This document shows, one piece after another, positions 52,165-62,104 of a stretch of DNA of 64,000 nucleotides. Within the stretch, counting starts at the first letter, position 1. Each line of letters starts with the position of its first letter. The notes below the pieces were generated by a model, which saw only the letters and a list, made by a program, of their open reading frames with translations, was not told the DNA's origin and made no database searches. A program made the translations under genes and the position numbers. This DNA comes from Planktomarina sp. (GTDB lineage: Bacteria > Pseudomonadota > Alphaproteobacteria > Rhodobacterales > Rhodobacteraceae): contig JAKMFM010000168.1 of NCBI GenBank assembly GCA_022425445.1, forward strand, positions 4,930 through 68,929, given 5' to 3'.

Positions 52165-53808
52165 TTACACCAAACGGCTCATTTCTTTGGCAGCGCGGAC
52201 AAAATCGCGGAACAAAGGATGCGGTGCGAATGGCTTGGATTTCAATTCTGGATGAAATTGCACACCGATAAACCAAGGGTGATCTTTAACCTCAACAATC
52301 TCCGGCAAGCGTCCGTCAGGGGACATACCTGAGAAGATCAGCCCTTTCTCTTCGAGCTGCTGGCGAAATTGGATGTCGACTTCATAGCGGTGACGATGGC
52401 GCTCTTCGATGGCGGTGCTGCCATAGATTTTCGCCACCAATGACTCTGGGTTCAAAGTGGCATTATAGGCACCAAGGCGCATGGTGCCGCCCTTATCGTC
52501 ATCTTCGTTGCGCCGCACCCGGTGATTGCCCTGCACCCATTCTTTCAGGTGATAGACCACCGGGGTAAAACGCTTTTCGCCGGCCTCATGGTCAAATTCT
52601 TCTGATCCGGCATTTGCCACGTTGGACAGGTTACGGGCGGCTTCTATCACCGCCATTTGCATGCCAAGGCAGATCCCGAGATAGGGCACTTGGCGCTCAC
52701 GCGCGAATTGCGCCGCTTTGATTTTGCCTTCCGTACCGCGCTCGCCAAAACCGCCAGGGACCAATATGGCGTGGAACCCCTCGAGATGCGGCGCGGCGTC
52801 TTCGTGATCGAAGACTTCGGCATCAACCCATTCGACATTGACCTTCACACGATTGGACATGCCGCCATGGGTGAGCGCTTCTTTTATGGATTTATAGGCG
52901 TCTTCTAGCTGTGTGTATTTACCGACAATAGCGACCTTCACCGCACCTTCTGGATTGTTGACCCGGTCTTGTACATCTTCCCATTTGCTTAGCTCGGGCT
53001 GGGGCGCGGGGGAGATATTGAAAGCATCCAAAACGGCTTGGTCAAGCCCCTGGGCGTGATAGGCCAAGGGAGCTTCATAGATGGAATTAAGATCATATGC
53101 GGCGACCACCGCATCGCGGCGCACATTGCAAAATAGGGCGATTTTTTCCCGTTCTTTGTCGGGAATGGGGTGCTCGGACCGGCAGACCAAAATATCTGGA
53201 GCAATCCCAATGGATTGCAATTCTTTAACGCTGTGCTGCGTGGGTTTTGTCTTTAGCTCGCCGCTGGCTGCAAGATAAGGCAAAAGCGTGAGATGCATAA
53301 AAATACATTCCCCGCGTGGCTTGTCATGGGAGAATTGGCGAATGGCTTCGAAAAACGGCAGGCCTTCAATATCGCCCACTGTGCCGCCGATTTCGCAGAG
53401 CATAAAATCGACCTCATCATCGCCGACTTTCAAAAATTCTTTAATTTCGTTGGTCACATGCGGCACAACTTGAATGGTTTTGCCCAAATAGTCGCCACGG
53501 CGTTCTTTTTCCAAAACGGTTGAATAGATTCGACCCGAAGAGACAGAATCAGTCATCCTTGCGGCCACACCGGTGAACCGTTCGTAATGGCCCAAATCCA
53601 GATCCGTTTCCGCGCCATCATCGGTGACGAAGACCTCCCCATGTTCAAAGGGCGACATCGTGCCGGGATCAACGTTGAGATAGGGATCAAGTTTCCGCAG
53701 TCTTACGGAAAAGCCGCGGGCCTGCAGCAGGGCGCCTAGGGCCGCAGATGCCAAGCCTTTGCCGAGAGAAGACACAACACCACCGGTGATAAATACATAA
53801 CGCGCCAT
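52165..53808 (-). CDS. pyrG: CTP synthase
   Basis: [39 protein letters not shown]. Confidence 0.97.
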   Translation of the reverse strand: MARYVFITGGVVSSLGKGLASAALGALLQARGFSVRLRKLDPYLNVDPGTMSPFEHGEVFVTDDGAETDLDLGHYERFTGVAARMTDSVSSGRIYSTVLEKERRGDYLGKTIQVVPHVTNEIKEFLKVGDDEVDFMLCEIGGTVGDIEGLPFFEAIRQFSHDKPRGECIFMHLTLLPYLAASGELKTKPTQHSVKELQSIGIAPDILVCRSEHPIPDKEREKIALFCNVRRDAVVAAYDLNSIYEAPLAYHAQGLDQAVLDAFNISPAPQPELSKWEDVQDRVNNPEGAVKVAIVGKYTQLEDAYKSIKEALTHGGMSNRVKVNVEWVDAEVFDHEDAAPHLEGFHAILVPGGFGERGTEGKIKAAQFARERQVPYLGICLGMQMAVIEAARNLSNVANAGSEEFDHEAGEKRFTPVVYHLKEWVQGNHRVRRNEDDDKGGTMRLGAYNATLNPESLVAKIYGSTAIEERHRHRYEVDIQFRQQLEEKGLIFSGMSPDGRLPEIVEVKDHPWFIGVQFHPELKSKPFAPHPLFRDFVRAAKEMSRLV

Positions 53809-53818
53809 AAATAAAGAG

Positions 53819-53902
53819 ATCCCCGTAGTTTCGAATTTTCGGCAAGAAGAATGCGCCTCACCACGGGATTAAAGCAATAACAGCTCCGTGGTGATTCTGC
53901 AA
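53819..53902 (-). promoter_or_regulatory. pyrG promoter and leader with anti-SD hairpin
   Basis: TTGCAG-17nt-TATTGC then TTTAATCCCG; leader 5' end UCCCGUGGU complementary to ACUACGGGG overlapping the SD. Confidence 0.55.
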
Positions 53903-53959
53903 TCTGATGATCAAGATAAAGCGGTTAAATGTATTGATGCCGCCATATTTAGGGGTGGA

Positions 53960-54313
53960 TTACTCTGCAACGGGCAAAAGTGGCGCGGAATCCTCAGCCG
54001 AGGGCGGTAAAAGCGCGTCGGCATCGACCGGTGTGTTTTGCTCCGAGGCTGGCATCAATTGATCCACAACTGAGCTGCCAGAAGATTTTTGCACCTGAAG
54101 AATAGTCAGAGCCAGAGAGGTGCAGATAAAGGCAATCGCCAGACCCCAGGTCAGCTTGGTCAAAGCCGAGGCCGCTGCGCGACCAGACATTGCGCCACCG
54201 CCGGCACCGCCGCCGCCCATACCAAGGCCGCCACCTTCAGATCGTTGCAACAGAACCAGGCCAATCAACGAGATGGCCAAAAGAAGGTGGATGATCAAGA
54301 CGACATTTTGCAT
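53960..54313 (-). CDS. secG: Preprotein translocase subunit SecG
   Basis: VLLQRSEGGGLG, two TM helices, LTKLT; upstream of pyrG. Confidence 0.92.
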   Translation of the reverse strand: MQNVVLIIHLLLAISLIGLVLLQRSEGGGLGMGGGGAGGGAMSGRAAASALTKLTWGLAIAFICTSLALTILQVQKSSGSSVVDQLMPASEQNTPVDADALLPPSAEDSAPLLPVAE

Positions 54314-54553
54314 ACGAAATTCCCAATTCAGGTCAGAGGCTATCTAAGCAAGGATAACTCATTTGCCAAGTCAAAACTGAGGCATCGCCCCTATATGGCG
54401 CTTCATGGGCTGCGGTCTGAGTTGGTGCTTGGGTTTGCGCTCTAAATTGCTCCAAAACGCAGCTTTGCCATTCCGCGGCAAGTTAGCAGTTTCCCTTGCC
54501 CTTGATCCCCGCTATACGGCCCACGTTTTGATCCGATCGAAAGAGGACAAGTT

Positions 54554-55846
54554 ATGGCCAATGTTGTTGTGGTGGGCACCCAATGGGGTGACGAAGGCAA
54601 AGGCAAGATCGTGGATTGGCTTTCCGAACGCGCCGATGTGATTGCGCGCTTCCAAGGCGGTCACAATGCCGGTCATACGCTCGTGATCGGGGAGGCTGTC
54701 TATAAGCTGCATGCTTTACCCTCCGGCGTCGTGCGCGGCGGCAAACTATCGGTCATTGGCAACGGCGTGGTGCTGGATCCTTGGCACCTGGTCAAGGAGA
54801 TCGACGGAATTCGCGGTCAGGGAGTTGATATAACGCCAGAAAACCTAATGATCGCGGAAAATACTCCTTTGATTATGCCCTATCACGGTGAGCTGGATCG
54901 GGCGCGTGAAGGTCAGGTATCGGTTGCGAAAATCGGCACAACGGGTCGCGGCATTGGCCCGTGTTATGAAGATAAAGTCGGTCGACGGGTGATCCGTGTA
55001 TCCGATTTGGCGGATTCAGCCACTTTGGAGCTGCGCGTCGATCGCGCCTTGCTGCATCATAACCCCTTGCGCAAAGGTCTGGGTCTTGAGCCTGTAGACC
55101 GCGCAGGCTTATTGGCGCAGTTGCGTGAAATTGCGGTGCAGATCTTGCCCTATGCAGCGCCGGTCTGGAAAGTGTTGAACGAAAAACGCAAGGCTGGGAA
55201 GCGGATCTTATTTGAGGGGGCGCAGGGTGCTCTTTTGGATATTGACTTTGGCACCTATCCTTTCGTGACATCTTCGAATGTGATTGCCGGTCAAGCGGCC
55301 ACAGGCACGGGCATTGGCCCGGGTGCGATTGATTATGTATTGGGAATCACCAAAGCCTATACCACCCGCGTCGGTGAAGGTCCGTTTCCCACGGAGTTGG
55401 ATGATGCCGATGGCCAGCAACTTGGCGAACGTGGGCATGAATTTGGCACCACCACCGGGCGCAAGCGCCGCTGCGGCTGGTTTGACGCCTGTCTGGTTCG
55501 GCAAACCTGCGCTACTTCTGGTGTGAATGGCATCTCACTGACCAAATTGGACGTGTTAGACGGGTTTGAAGAGCTGAAAATCTGTGTGGCATATGAGTTG
55601 GATGGCGAACGGCTGGATTATCTGCCCACCGCCGCCGATGCGCAAGCCCGCGTGACACCGATCTATGAAACCATTGAAGGGTGGTCCGGCAGTACCGCCG
55701 GCGCGCGCTCTTGGGCGGATTTACCTGCGCAGGCGATTAAATATGTGCGGCGCATTGAGGAGCTGATTGATTGCCCCGTGGCGCTGGTCTCGACTTCGCC
55801 AGAGCGCGAAGACACCATCCTCGTTACAGATCCGTTTGCAGACTGA
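54554..55846 (+). CDS. purA: Adenylosuccinate synthetase
   Basis: [42 protein letters not shown]. Confidence 0.97.
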   Translation: MANVVVVGTQWGDEGKGKIVDWLSERADVIARFQGGHNAGHTLVIGEAVYKLHALPSGVVRGGKLSVIGNGVVLDPWHLVKEIDGIRGQGVDITPENLMIAENTPLIMPYHGELDRAREGQVSVAKIGTTGRGIGPCYEDKVGRRVIRVSDLADSATLELRVDRALLHHNPLRKGLGLEPVDRAGLLAQLREIAVQILPYAAPVWKVLNEKRKAGKRILFEGAQGALLDIDFGTYPFVTSSNVIAGQAATGTGIGPGAIDYVLGITKAYTTRVGEGPFPTELDDADGQQLGERGHEFGTTTGRKRRCGWFDACLVRQTCATSGVNGISLTKLDVLDGFEELKICVAYELDGERLDYLPTAADAQARVTPIYETIEGWSGSTAGARSWADLPAQAIKYVRRIEELIDCPVALVSTSPEREDTILVTDPFAD

Positions 55847-56073
55847 TGGCTCTGAGTTACAAAGCCCGCCGTCGTTGGTCGCTGCTGATCTTGGTTATCG
55901 GCTTGCCGGTCTATGCAGTCTTGGCCGTGAACCTTGTGGCGCTGCTGCCTGTGCTGCCGAAGTTCTTGGAATTCATCCTATATGTTGTGCTCGGCACCGC
56001 ATGGGCGTTTCCACTGAAATTTGTCTTTAAAGGCATCGGTCAAGTGGATCCCGATGCAGGTGACGACACTTAA
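55846..56073 (+). CDS. DUF2842 family small membrane protein
   Basis: [13 protein letters not shown]..., two TM helices, TGATG overlap with purA. Confidence 0.8.
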   Translation: MALSYKARRRWSLLILVIGLPVYAVLAVNLVALLPVLPKFLEFILYVVLGTAWAFPLKFVFKGIGQVDPDAGDDT

Positions 56074-56149
56074 TCACATTTGCAGGGTGTCTCGCGCGGG
56101 GTCACGATGGCCCGCCGTGCCTAAAACCATGCATAGGGATCTGCCGATG

Positions 56150-56590
56150 CTACTCTGCGACCGCGTGTTTGCGACACCGGCCGGAGGTTAGATCGCAAAG
56201 ATCCATAGTGGGCGTGCTTGGCACCTTTGTCTCCTCGGCCGCCGTCTCTTCGGTCGCGGTGGAGGGAGGGTGCTCGGGTGCCGGCTGCTCGGGTTTCGGT
56301 GCGGGCGGTGGCGGGGTAAATTGCGCGAACTTTGGCATTTTCCCGGTCAGCTTATGCAACTGATCTATTAACTCCGCATCTTCGGGCAAGGAGAGTACGA
56401 TTTTCGGATCGGGTTTGCGCAGCAAGCCTTCTAGCCCGTGCAGATCGACAAAGGGCGCAGGGGTCTCGTTCGGAGGTTCCGCGGCAGGCTGGGCTTCGGT
56501 CTTGACCTCAGGACCCGTGCCAGTCAACCATAACACGTCGACGCGATACTGCGGAGTGAGTAGAAATGAGGCCGGACGTTTGGCGGGCAT
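56150..56590 (-). CDS. Hypothetical Pro/Glu-rich protein
   Basis: 146-aa ORF filling the gap between DUF2842 and thiN; low-complexity PE-rich segments; weak RBS. Confidence 0.45.
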   Translation of the reverse strand: MPAKRPASFLLTPQYRVDVLWLTGTGPEVKTEAQPAAEPPNETPAPFVDLHGLEGLLRKPDPKIVLSLPEDAELIDQLHKLTGKMPKFAQFTPPPPAPKPEQPAPEHPPSTATEETAAEETKVPSTPTMDLCDLTSGRCRKHAVAE

Positions 56591-56722
56591 GAGAGCAATC
56601 CGATGATGATCTGTTTGGTCTCTTCATAGGCTCGCTGTCCTTCAAAAATGTTAATACCGCGCCTGTCGGAGTTTCGCGGGGCAGCGTGAAACTTGGCGCA
56701 AAGACAAAGGGTGAGTTAATAG

Positions 56723-57397
56723 ATGACCGATGACAATTATTTGTGCCGCGCGTCAAAAATTTTGTTAATTGGTGCAGGCCCATCAACCGCTGAATTGATC
56801 CGCGAAATTTCAGTTTTTTCGGATGCGATCGTGGCGGCTGATGGGGGCTTTCGGGCGGCCGAAAACGCAGGGGCTCGGGCGATCTTGGTGGTGGGTGATA
56901 TGGATTCGCAACACGACCTGCCGACCGATCAGGCTGTGGCGCATATTGCAGATCAAGAGACCACGGATTTCCAAAAATGCCTCGCGGTCTGCGATGCTGA
57001 CGTATTTTTGGGCGTCGGGTTTCTTGGCGGGCGGTTGGATCATCAACTGGCGGCCTTCTCCGCCCTTCTCAATGAGCCGCGGCCCGTGGTTTTGGTTGAC
57101 GAGGCGCAGCTGGTTTTCGTCGTGCCGCCAGAATTCTTTATGGATCTGGAGGCTGAGACACCCGTGGGGTTTTACCCCATGGTGCCCATTCAAGCGAGTT
57201 TGCGCGGGGTGCGCTGGCCGCTTTCAAATGCGGCGATGAGCCCGATGGGGCAGATTGCGACTTCGAATAGTGCCTTAGGCGGTACGCTGGAAATTTCCGT
57301 GGATGGGCCAGGGCTGCTGGCAATTCTGCCGCGCCGCGACCTTGCGGGTGTTCTCACCGCTTTAGACAGAGGCTTTGGTAAAGCGCAGCACCAATAA
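56723..57397 (+). CDS. thiN: Thiamine diphosphokinase
   Basis: AADGG, GDMDS, DQETTDFQK, GGRLDH, GVRWPL, TSN. Confidence 0.88.
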   Translation: MTDDNYLCRASKILLIGAGPSTAELIREISVFSDAIVAADGGFRAAENAGARAILVVGDMDSQHDLPTDQAVAHIADQETTDFQKCLAVCDADVFLGVGFLGGRLDHQLAAFSALLNEPRPVVLVDEAQLVFVVPPEFFMDLEAETPVGFYPMVPIQASLRGVRWPLSNAAMSPMGQIATSNSALGGTLEISVDGPGLLAILPRRDLAGVLTALDRGFGKAQHQ

Positions 57398-58246
57398 CCC
57401 TGCGGTAACCGTCACGATGATCCCAGCCGCCGCCATGCCGTTGGGCAGATCGTCGAAGAGCAACAGGCCATAAAGCGCGCCGAAAGGAATTTCGAGATAT
57501 TGCACGGGCGCCACCGTGGGCGCAGAGGCATAGCGCAGCGCCCATGTCATGCTCAAATGCGCCAAAGTGCCCAAAACTCCGAGGCCCAGTAATGCGGAAA
57601 ATTCAAATCCGGTGACCGGGATGATGGTCACAGATGGAATGCCCAAAGCCGAGCCGAAAGCTGCAATAGGTAAGAGAATCACCATGGCGCAGACGCCGTT
57701 TGCCGCCTGTAAATCAACGGGTTCGATATGTTTGGATATCTTGCGGGTGATGAACATAAAGCCGGTAAATAACACGGCGACCACCAGTGGCAAAAGTGCA
57801 GGCCAACCGACCTCGGCAAAGCTGGGCTGTACCACCATCAAGGTGCCAATGAAGCCAAGCAGGCAAAGTCCGAGGCTCAAAGGGCTGGCCCGGTCACCGG
57901 TCATCCAACCGACCCCCAAGATAAGGAAGGGCAGGACATAGGCAATTGCAATAGCATCAGCGAGGGGCAGATAGCGCAGCGAGAGAAAGAAAAAAGAAAT
58001 TGCCACCAGATGCAAAATCGACCGCAGAATGACATAGCCAAGCCGATCCGCGCGCATCCAAGTGTCGTGGCGGCTGGTCCAGAGGTTGCGGCGCACCAAA
58101 AACAACTGGGCGATAAACCGGGCAATGACCACTTGCAGCAATGGAATTCCATCGCCCAAAATTTTGACCAAAGCATCACTGGCCGGCGCCAGAACACAAA
58201 AGCCAATCATCAACAAGAGACCTAAGCGATTGTTATCCTGAGCCAT
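57362..58246 (-). CDS. DMT/EamA family transporter
   Basis: Ten TM helices in two EamA repeats; LPLADA, APVQYLEIP. Confidence 0.85.
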   Translation of the reverse strand: MAQDNNRLGLLLMIGFCVLAPASDALVKILGDGIPLLQVVIARFIAQLFLVRRNLWTSRHDTWMRADRLGYVILRSILHLVAISFFFLSLRYLPLADAIAIAYVLPFLILGVGWMTGDRASPLSLGLCLLGFIGTLMVVQPSFAEVGWPALLPLVVAVLFTGFMFITRKISKHIEPVDLQAANGVCAMVILLPIAAFGSALGIPSVTIIPVTGFEFSALLGLGVLGTLAHLSMTWALRYASAPTVAPVQYLEIPFGALYGLLLFDDLPNGMAAAGIIVTVTAGLLVLRFTKASV

Positions 58247-58276
58247 GGAATACTTTCATATTGAGGTTTGGATTGC

Positions 58277-59650
58277 TCAGCAGTTGGGTACATTTACGGC
58301 CAATCCACCCAGCGAAGTTTCCTTGTATTTTTCATGCATGTCCAGACCGGTTTGCCGCATTGTTTCGACGCAGGCATCGAGTGATACCAAATGCGTGCCA
58401 TCGCCGCGCATCGACAGGCTGGCGGCGGAGACTGCTTTGATACAGCCGAGACCATTGCGCTCGATACAAGGCACTTGCACCAGGCCTTTGACAGGGTCGC
58501 AGGTCATGCCCAAGTGATGCTCTAAAGCTATTTCTGCGGCGTTTTCCACCTGCTCGGGGCTGCCGCCCAAGACGGCGCAAAGACCGGCGGCGGCCATGGC
58601 CGACGCACTGCCCACCTCTGCTTGGCAGCCACATTCCGCGCCCGAAATGCTGGCATTGAATTTGATGAGCCCGCCGATTGCGGCAGCAGTGAGCAAAAAT
58701 TCTGGGATGCGCCTTGCGGTGGCCCCCGGCACATGATCGAGCCAATAGCGCAAAGTGGCAGGGACCACACCGGCCGCGCCATTGGTCGGCGCGGTCACGA
58801 CCTGCCCGCCGGCGGCATTTTCCTCATTAACCGCCATCGCATAAACGCTCATCCAATCATTGATCGTATGCGGGGCGGGCATATTGAGCCCGCGCTCGGC
58901 CACTAAGGCCTCGTGAATGGGTTTCGCCCTGCGTTTCACGTTCAAACCGCCGGGCAGGATGCCGCCCCGCTCAAGCCCGCGATTGATGCACTCATTCATT
59001 ACATCCCAAATTTTGGCCAAGCCGCGGTCGAGCGCGGCAGCGCTGCGACGGCTCAACTCATTCTCGCGTTTGATCTGTGCGATGGATTTTCCCTGAGCGG
59101 CGCAAAGGGCCAGCAACTCATTGGCCGTGTTGAACTCATGGGGGTAGGGATCCATGTCACCGGTCGATACTCCGCTGGCCATCTCTTCGGCTGTGACCAC
59201 AAAGCCGCCGCCGATCGAATAATAGGTCTGCTGCAAGATCACATCGCCCTGCGCATCCGTCGCCATGAGGATCATACCGTTGGTATGACCTGGCAGGGAT
59301 GGGCCAAAGTCAAATGCAATGTCACTGGCCGGATCGAGAGAAAGTGTTCCAAGCCCTTCCGGGCTGACCATCTTGGTGCGCTTCATGGCCTCTAGCGCGT
59401 CTTCAGCGCTGGCGGCGTCATAGGTCTCGGGCGAAAACCCAGCCAATCCGAGAAGCGTTGCGCGATCTGTTGCATGTCCCACGCCGGTGAAGGCCAAAGA
59501 GCCATGGAGGCGCGCCTTCAGGCCGGCGGCCTCAAAAGGGCTGGCGCGCAGCAGATCCAAAAACAGACCCGCCGCAACCATTGGGCCCATCGTATGCGAT
59601 GAGCTTGGTCCAATCCCGACTTTGAACATGTCAAAAACAGATAGAAACAT
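58277..59650 (-). CDS. sdaA: L-serine ammonia-lyase (Fe-S dependent, single chain)
   Basis: [52 protein letters not shown]. Confidence 0.94.
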   Translation of the reverse strand: MFLSVFDMFKVGIGPSSSHTMGPMVAAGLFLDLLRASPFEAAGLKARLHGSLAFTGVGHATDRATLLGLAGFSPETYDAASAEDALEAMKRTKMVSPEGLGTLSLDPASDIAFDFGPSLPGHTNGMILMATDAQGDVILQQTYYSIGGGFVVTAEEMASGVSTGDMDPYPHEFNTANELLALCAAQGKSIAQIKRENELSRRSAAALDRGLAKIWDVMNECINRGLERGGILPGGLNVKRRAKPIHEALVAERGLNMPAPHTINDWMSVYAMAVNEENAAGGQVVTAPTNGAAGVVPATLRYWLDHVPGATARRIPEFLLTAAAIGGLIKFNASISGAECGCQAEVGSASAMAAAGLCAVLGGSPEQVENAAEIALEHHLGMTCDPVKGLVQVPCIERNGLGCIKAVSAASLSMRGDGTHLVSLDACVETMRQTGLDMHEKYKETSLGGLAVNVPNC

Positions 59651-59898
59651 CACAGACCTCTTGGGAGCGCATAGCTTGGGTTGATCATGGTTTGACCGGC
59701 CTTGGCGGCGGAAATGCGACACTTTTCCCTAGGTCTACGTCTGCTCCTTTCATGGAGCAAGGGAATATGCAGCGTTTTGTCGCCAGGACGTTGGAACTAT
59801 GCCCGGCCCTGTGTTGAGTTTGAAAGATGAAATCGGGCCTCGCGCATTGTGTCAACTTCGGTCTATATAGCTGTGAAAATCACCAGGAGTCACTTTAT

Positions 59899-60618
59899 AT
59901 GTTTGCCGATTTACCCCCTGCCGATCAGGCAAAATACGTCGCGGCCAAGCGCGCTGTTGAATTTGTCGAAGATGGTATGAAACTCGGGCTGGGCACTGGC
60001 TCAACGGCGGCTTGGATGGTGCGGTGTTTGGCGGATCGGGTGAAAACCGAAGGGCTGCGAATTCAAGGCGTGCCCACCTCGACCCGCACAGCGGATTTGG
60101 CCCGTGAGCTGGGTTTGGACGTGGTGAGCCTTGATCAAGCTGGACATCTGGATATCACCATTGATGGCACCGATGAATTTGATCGCGCGTTGAACCTCAT
60201 CAAAGGCGGCGGCGGGGCGCTTTTGCAAGAAAAGATCGTCGCCTCCGCCTCCGATCAGATGATTGTGATTGCTGATTTTGACAAGCACGTGCCGCATCTT
60301 GGAAAATTCCCGCTGCCGGTGGAGGTTTTGGGGTTTGGCTTGGCCTCATCGCGCGAACATATCGCGCGGCTTTTGGCCGATCATGGGTTGGTGGATCGCG
60401 ATATCACCATGCGCATGCAGGGCGATGCCCCCTTTGTGACTGACGAGGGGAATTTCATTCTCGACTTGCATTTGGAACAAATTCCGGATGCGCCGGCCTT
60501 AGCGATCGCGCTCAATCAAGTGCCGGGTGTGGTTGAAAATGGCTTATTTATTCATATCTGTGATCGAGTCATTCTCGGCGCGAGCGATGGGCGCATTGAA
60601 GAGCACGTTCGGCCGTAA
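59899..60618 (+). CDS. rpiA: Ribose-5-phosphate isomerase A
   Basis: GLGTGST, DGTDE, IKGGGGALLQEK, GVVENGLF. Confidence 0.95.
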   Translation: MFADLPPADQAKYVAAKRAVEFVEDGMKLGLGTGSTAAWMVRCLADRVKTEGLRIQGVPTSTRTADLARELGLDVVSLDQAGHLDITIDGTDEFDRALNLIKGGGGALLQEKIVASASDQMIVIADFDKHVPHLGKFPLPVEVLGFGLASSREHIARLLADHGLVDRDITMRMQGDAPFVTDEGNFILDLHLEQIPDAPALAIALNQVPGVVENGLFIHICDRVILGASDGRIEEHVRP

Positions 60619-60682
60619 CAGGCCAAGCGCTTCGGTTTCGGATCAAGAGGCGATGGACCTCTGATTTCAATAGGGGACGAAT

Positions 60683-62041
60683 ATGTCTTTTGATTATGAT
60701 CTTTTTGTAATTGGCGGTGGCTCTGGCGGTGTGCGCGCCGCGCGTGTCGCAGCTTCGGATACCGGGGCCAAAGTCGGTTTGGCGGAAGAGAGCCGTTATG
60801 GGGGCACCTGCGTGATCCGTGGCTGTGTGCCGAAAAAACTGATGGTGTTTGCCTCAACTTACGCGCCTGCAATGGAGCAGGCTGCGGCCTATGGTTGGGA
60901 CGTGCAGATGGGCGTATTTAACTGGCCTGGATTTCGGAGCAATCTGGAAGGTGAGCTGGACCGGCTCGAAGGCATCTATCGCCGCTTGTTGCAAAACTCT
61001 GGTGTCGAGACCTTTGACATGCGCGCGACGGTGGACGCACCGCATGCGGTGCGTTTGGCCGATGGCCGGGTTGTGACCGCCAAGGTGATCTTGCTGGCCA
61101 CAGGCGGCTGGCCCTCAGTGCCGGATGTTCCTGGCGCCGAATATGCCATCACTTCAAACGAAATTTTTCATCTACAGGCTTTGCCCAAGCGAATTTTGAT
61201 CGTGGGCGGCGGCTATATCGCTTGTGAATTTGCCGGCATTCTCAACGGTCTTGGGGTGGAAACCCATCTTTGGTATCGGGGCGAGGCCGTGTTGCGCGGC
61301 TTTGATACAGAGGCCAGGGATGTGATTGTGCAAGGCATGCAAGAGCGTGGTGTCCAGATGCAGATGCGCACCAATGTGACTCGCATTGAAAAGCAAGGCT
61401 CGGGCTACAGCGTCACAGATACCCAAGGTGCGCGCCATGATTTTGATGTTGTGATGTATGCCACAGGCCGCAGCCCCAAAAGCGCCGGATTGGGGCTTGA
61501 GGCTCTGGGCATTGGTTTGGATGCAGCGGGCGCGGTGCAGGTGGATGAATTTTCTCAGACTTCGGTGCCTTCGATTTATGCGGTTGGCGATGTGACCAAC
61601 CGTGTCAATCTGACGCCGGTGGCGATCCGTGAGGGCATGGCCTTTGTTGAGACCGCCCTGAAGGGCAATCCGACTCCTGTGGATCACGCATTGATCCCAA
61701 CGGCTGTATTCACCCAGCCGGAATTTGGCACCATTGGGCTGAGCGAGGAGCAAGCCCGGGCGCAAGAGCCCATTGAAGTCTATGCAACTGCCTTTCGCCC
61801 AATGAATATTTCCTTTATTGATGCGCCGACTAAAGTGCTAATGAAATTGGTTGTGAGCCAAAAGACCCGTAAAATTTTGGGCTGTCACATCGTCGCAGAT
61901 GGTGCAGGTGAGATGATCCAACTGGCGGGGATAGCCGTGAAAATGGGAGCGACAAAAGAAGATTTCGACCGTGTGTGTGCCGTGCATCCCACCGTGTCTG
62001 AAGAACTTGTGACAATGAAAACGCCTGTGCGGACCGCTTGA
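60683..62041 (+). CDS. gor: Glutathione-disulfide reductase
   Basis: GGGSGG, redox GGTCVIRGCVPKK, GGGYIA, C-terminal HPTVSEE. Confidence 0.93.
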   Translation: MSFDYDLFVIGGGSGGVRAARVAASDTGAKVGLAEESRYGGTCVIRGCVPKKLMVFASTYAPAMEQAAAYGWDVQMGVFNWPGFRSNLEGELDRLEGIYRRLLQNSGVETFDMRATVDAPHAVRLADGRVVTAKVILLATGGWPSVPDVPGAEYAITSNEIFHLQALPKRILIVGGGYIACEFAGILNGLGVETHLWYRGEAVLRGFDTEARDVIVQGMQERGVQMQMRTNVTRIEKQGSGYSVTDTQGARHDFDVVMYATGRSPKSAGLGLEALGIGLDAAGAVQVDEFSQTSVPSIYAVGDVTNRVNLTPVAIREGMAFVETALKGNPTPVDHALIPTAVFTQPEFGTIGLSEEQARAQEPIEVYATAFRPMNISFIDAPTKVLMKLVVSQKTRKILGCHIVADGAGEMIQLAGIAVKMGATKEDFDRVCAVHPTVSEELVTMKTPVRTA

Positions 62042-62064
62042 AATTTTCAAAGCAGAGCACAGAT
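62037..62064 (+). promoter_or_regulatory. Possible RpoH-type promoter of hflKC
   Basis: CTTG-N17-CACAGAT resembles the alphaproteobacterial heat-shock promoter pattern; -10 match imperfect. Confidence 0.3.
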
Positions 62065-62104
62065 AGAACTGGAGCGCAGAATGACTGTGAAGGGAAACAG
62101 CTGA

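Noticed and set aside
57362-57397. 36-bp convergent overlap of thiN and the DMT gene (also 7 bp at 29351-29357)
   Set aside because: Short 3' overlaps are common in compact genomes; both proteins look complete
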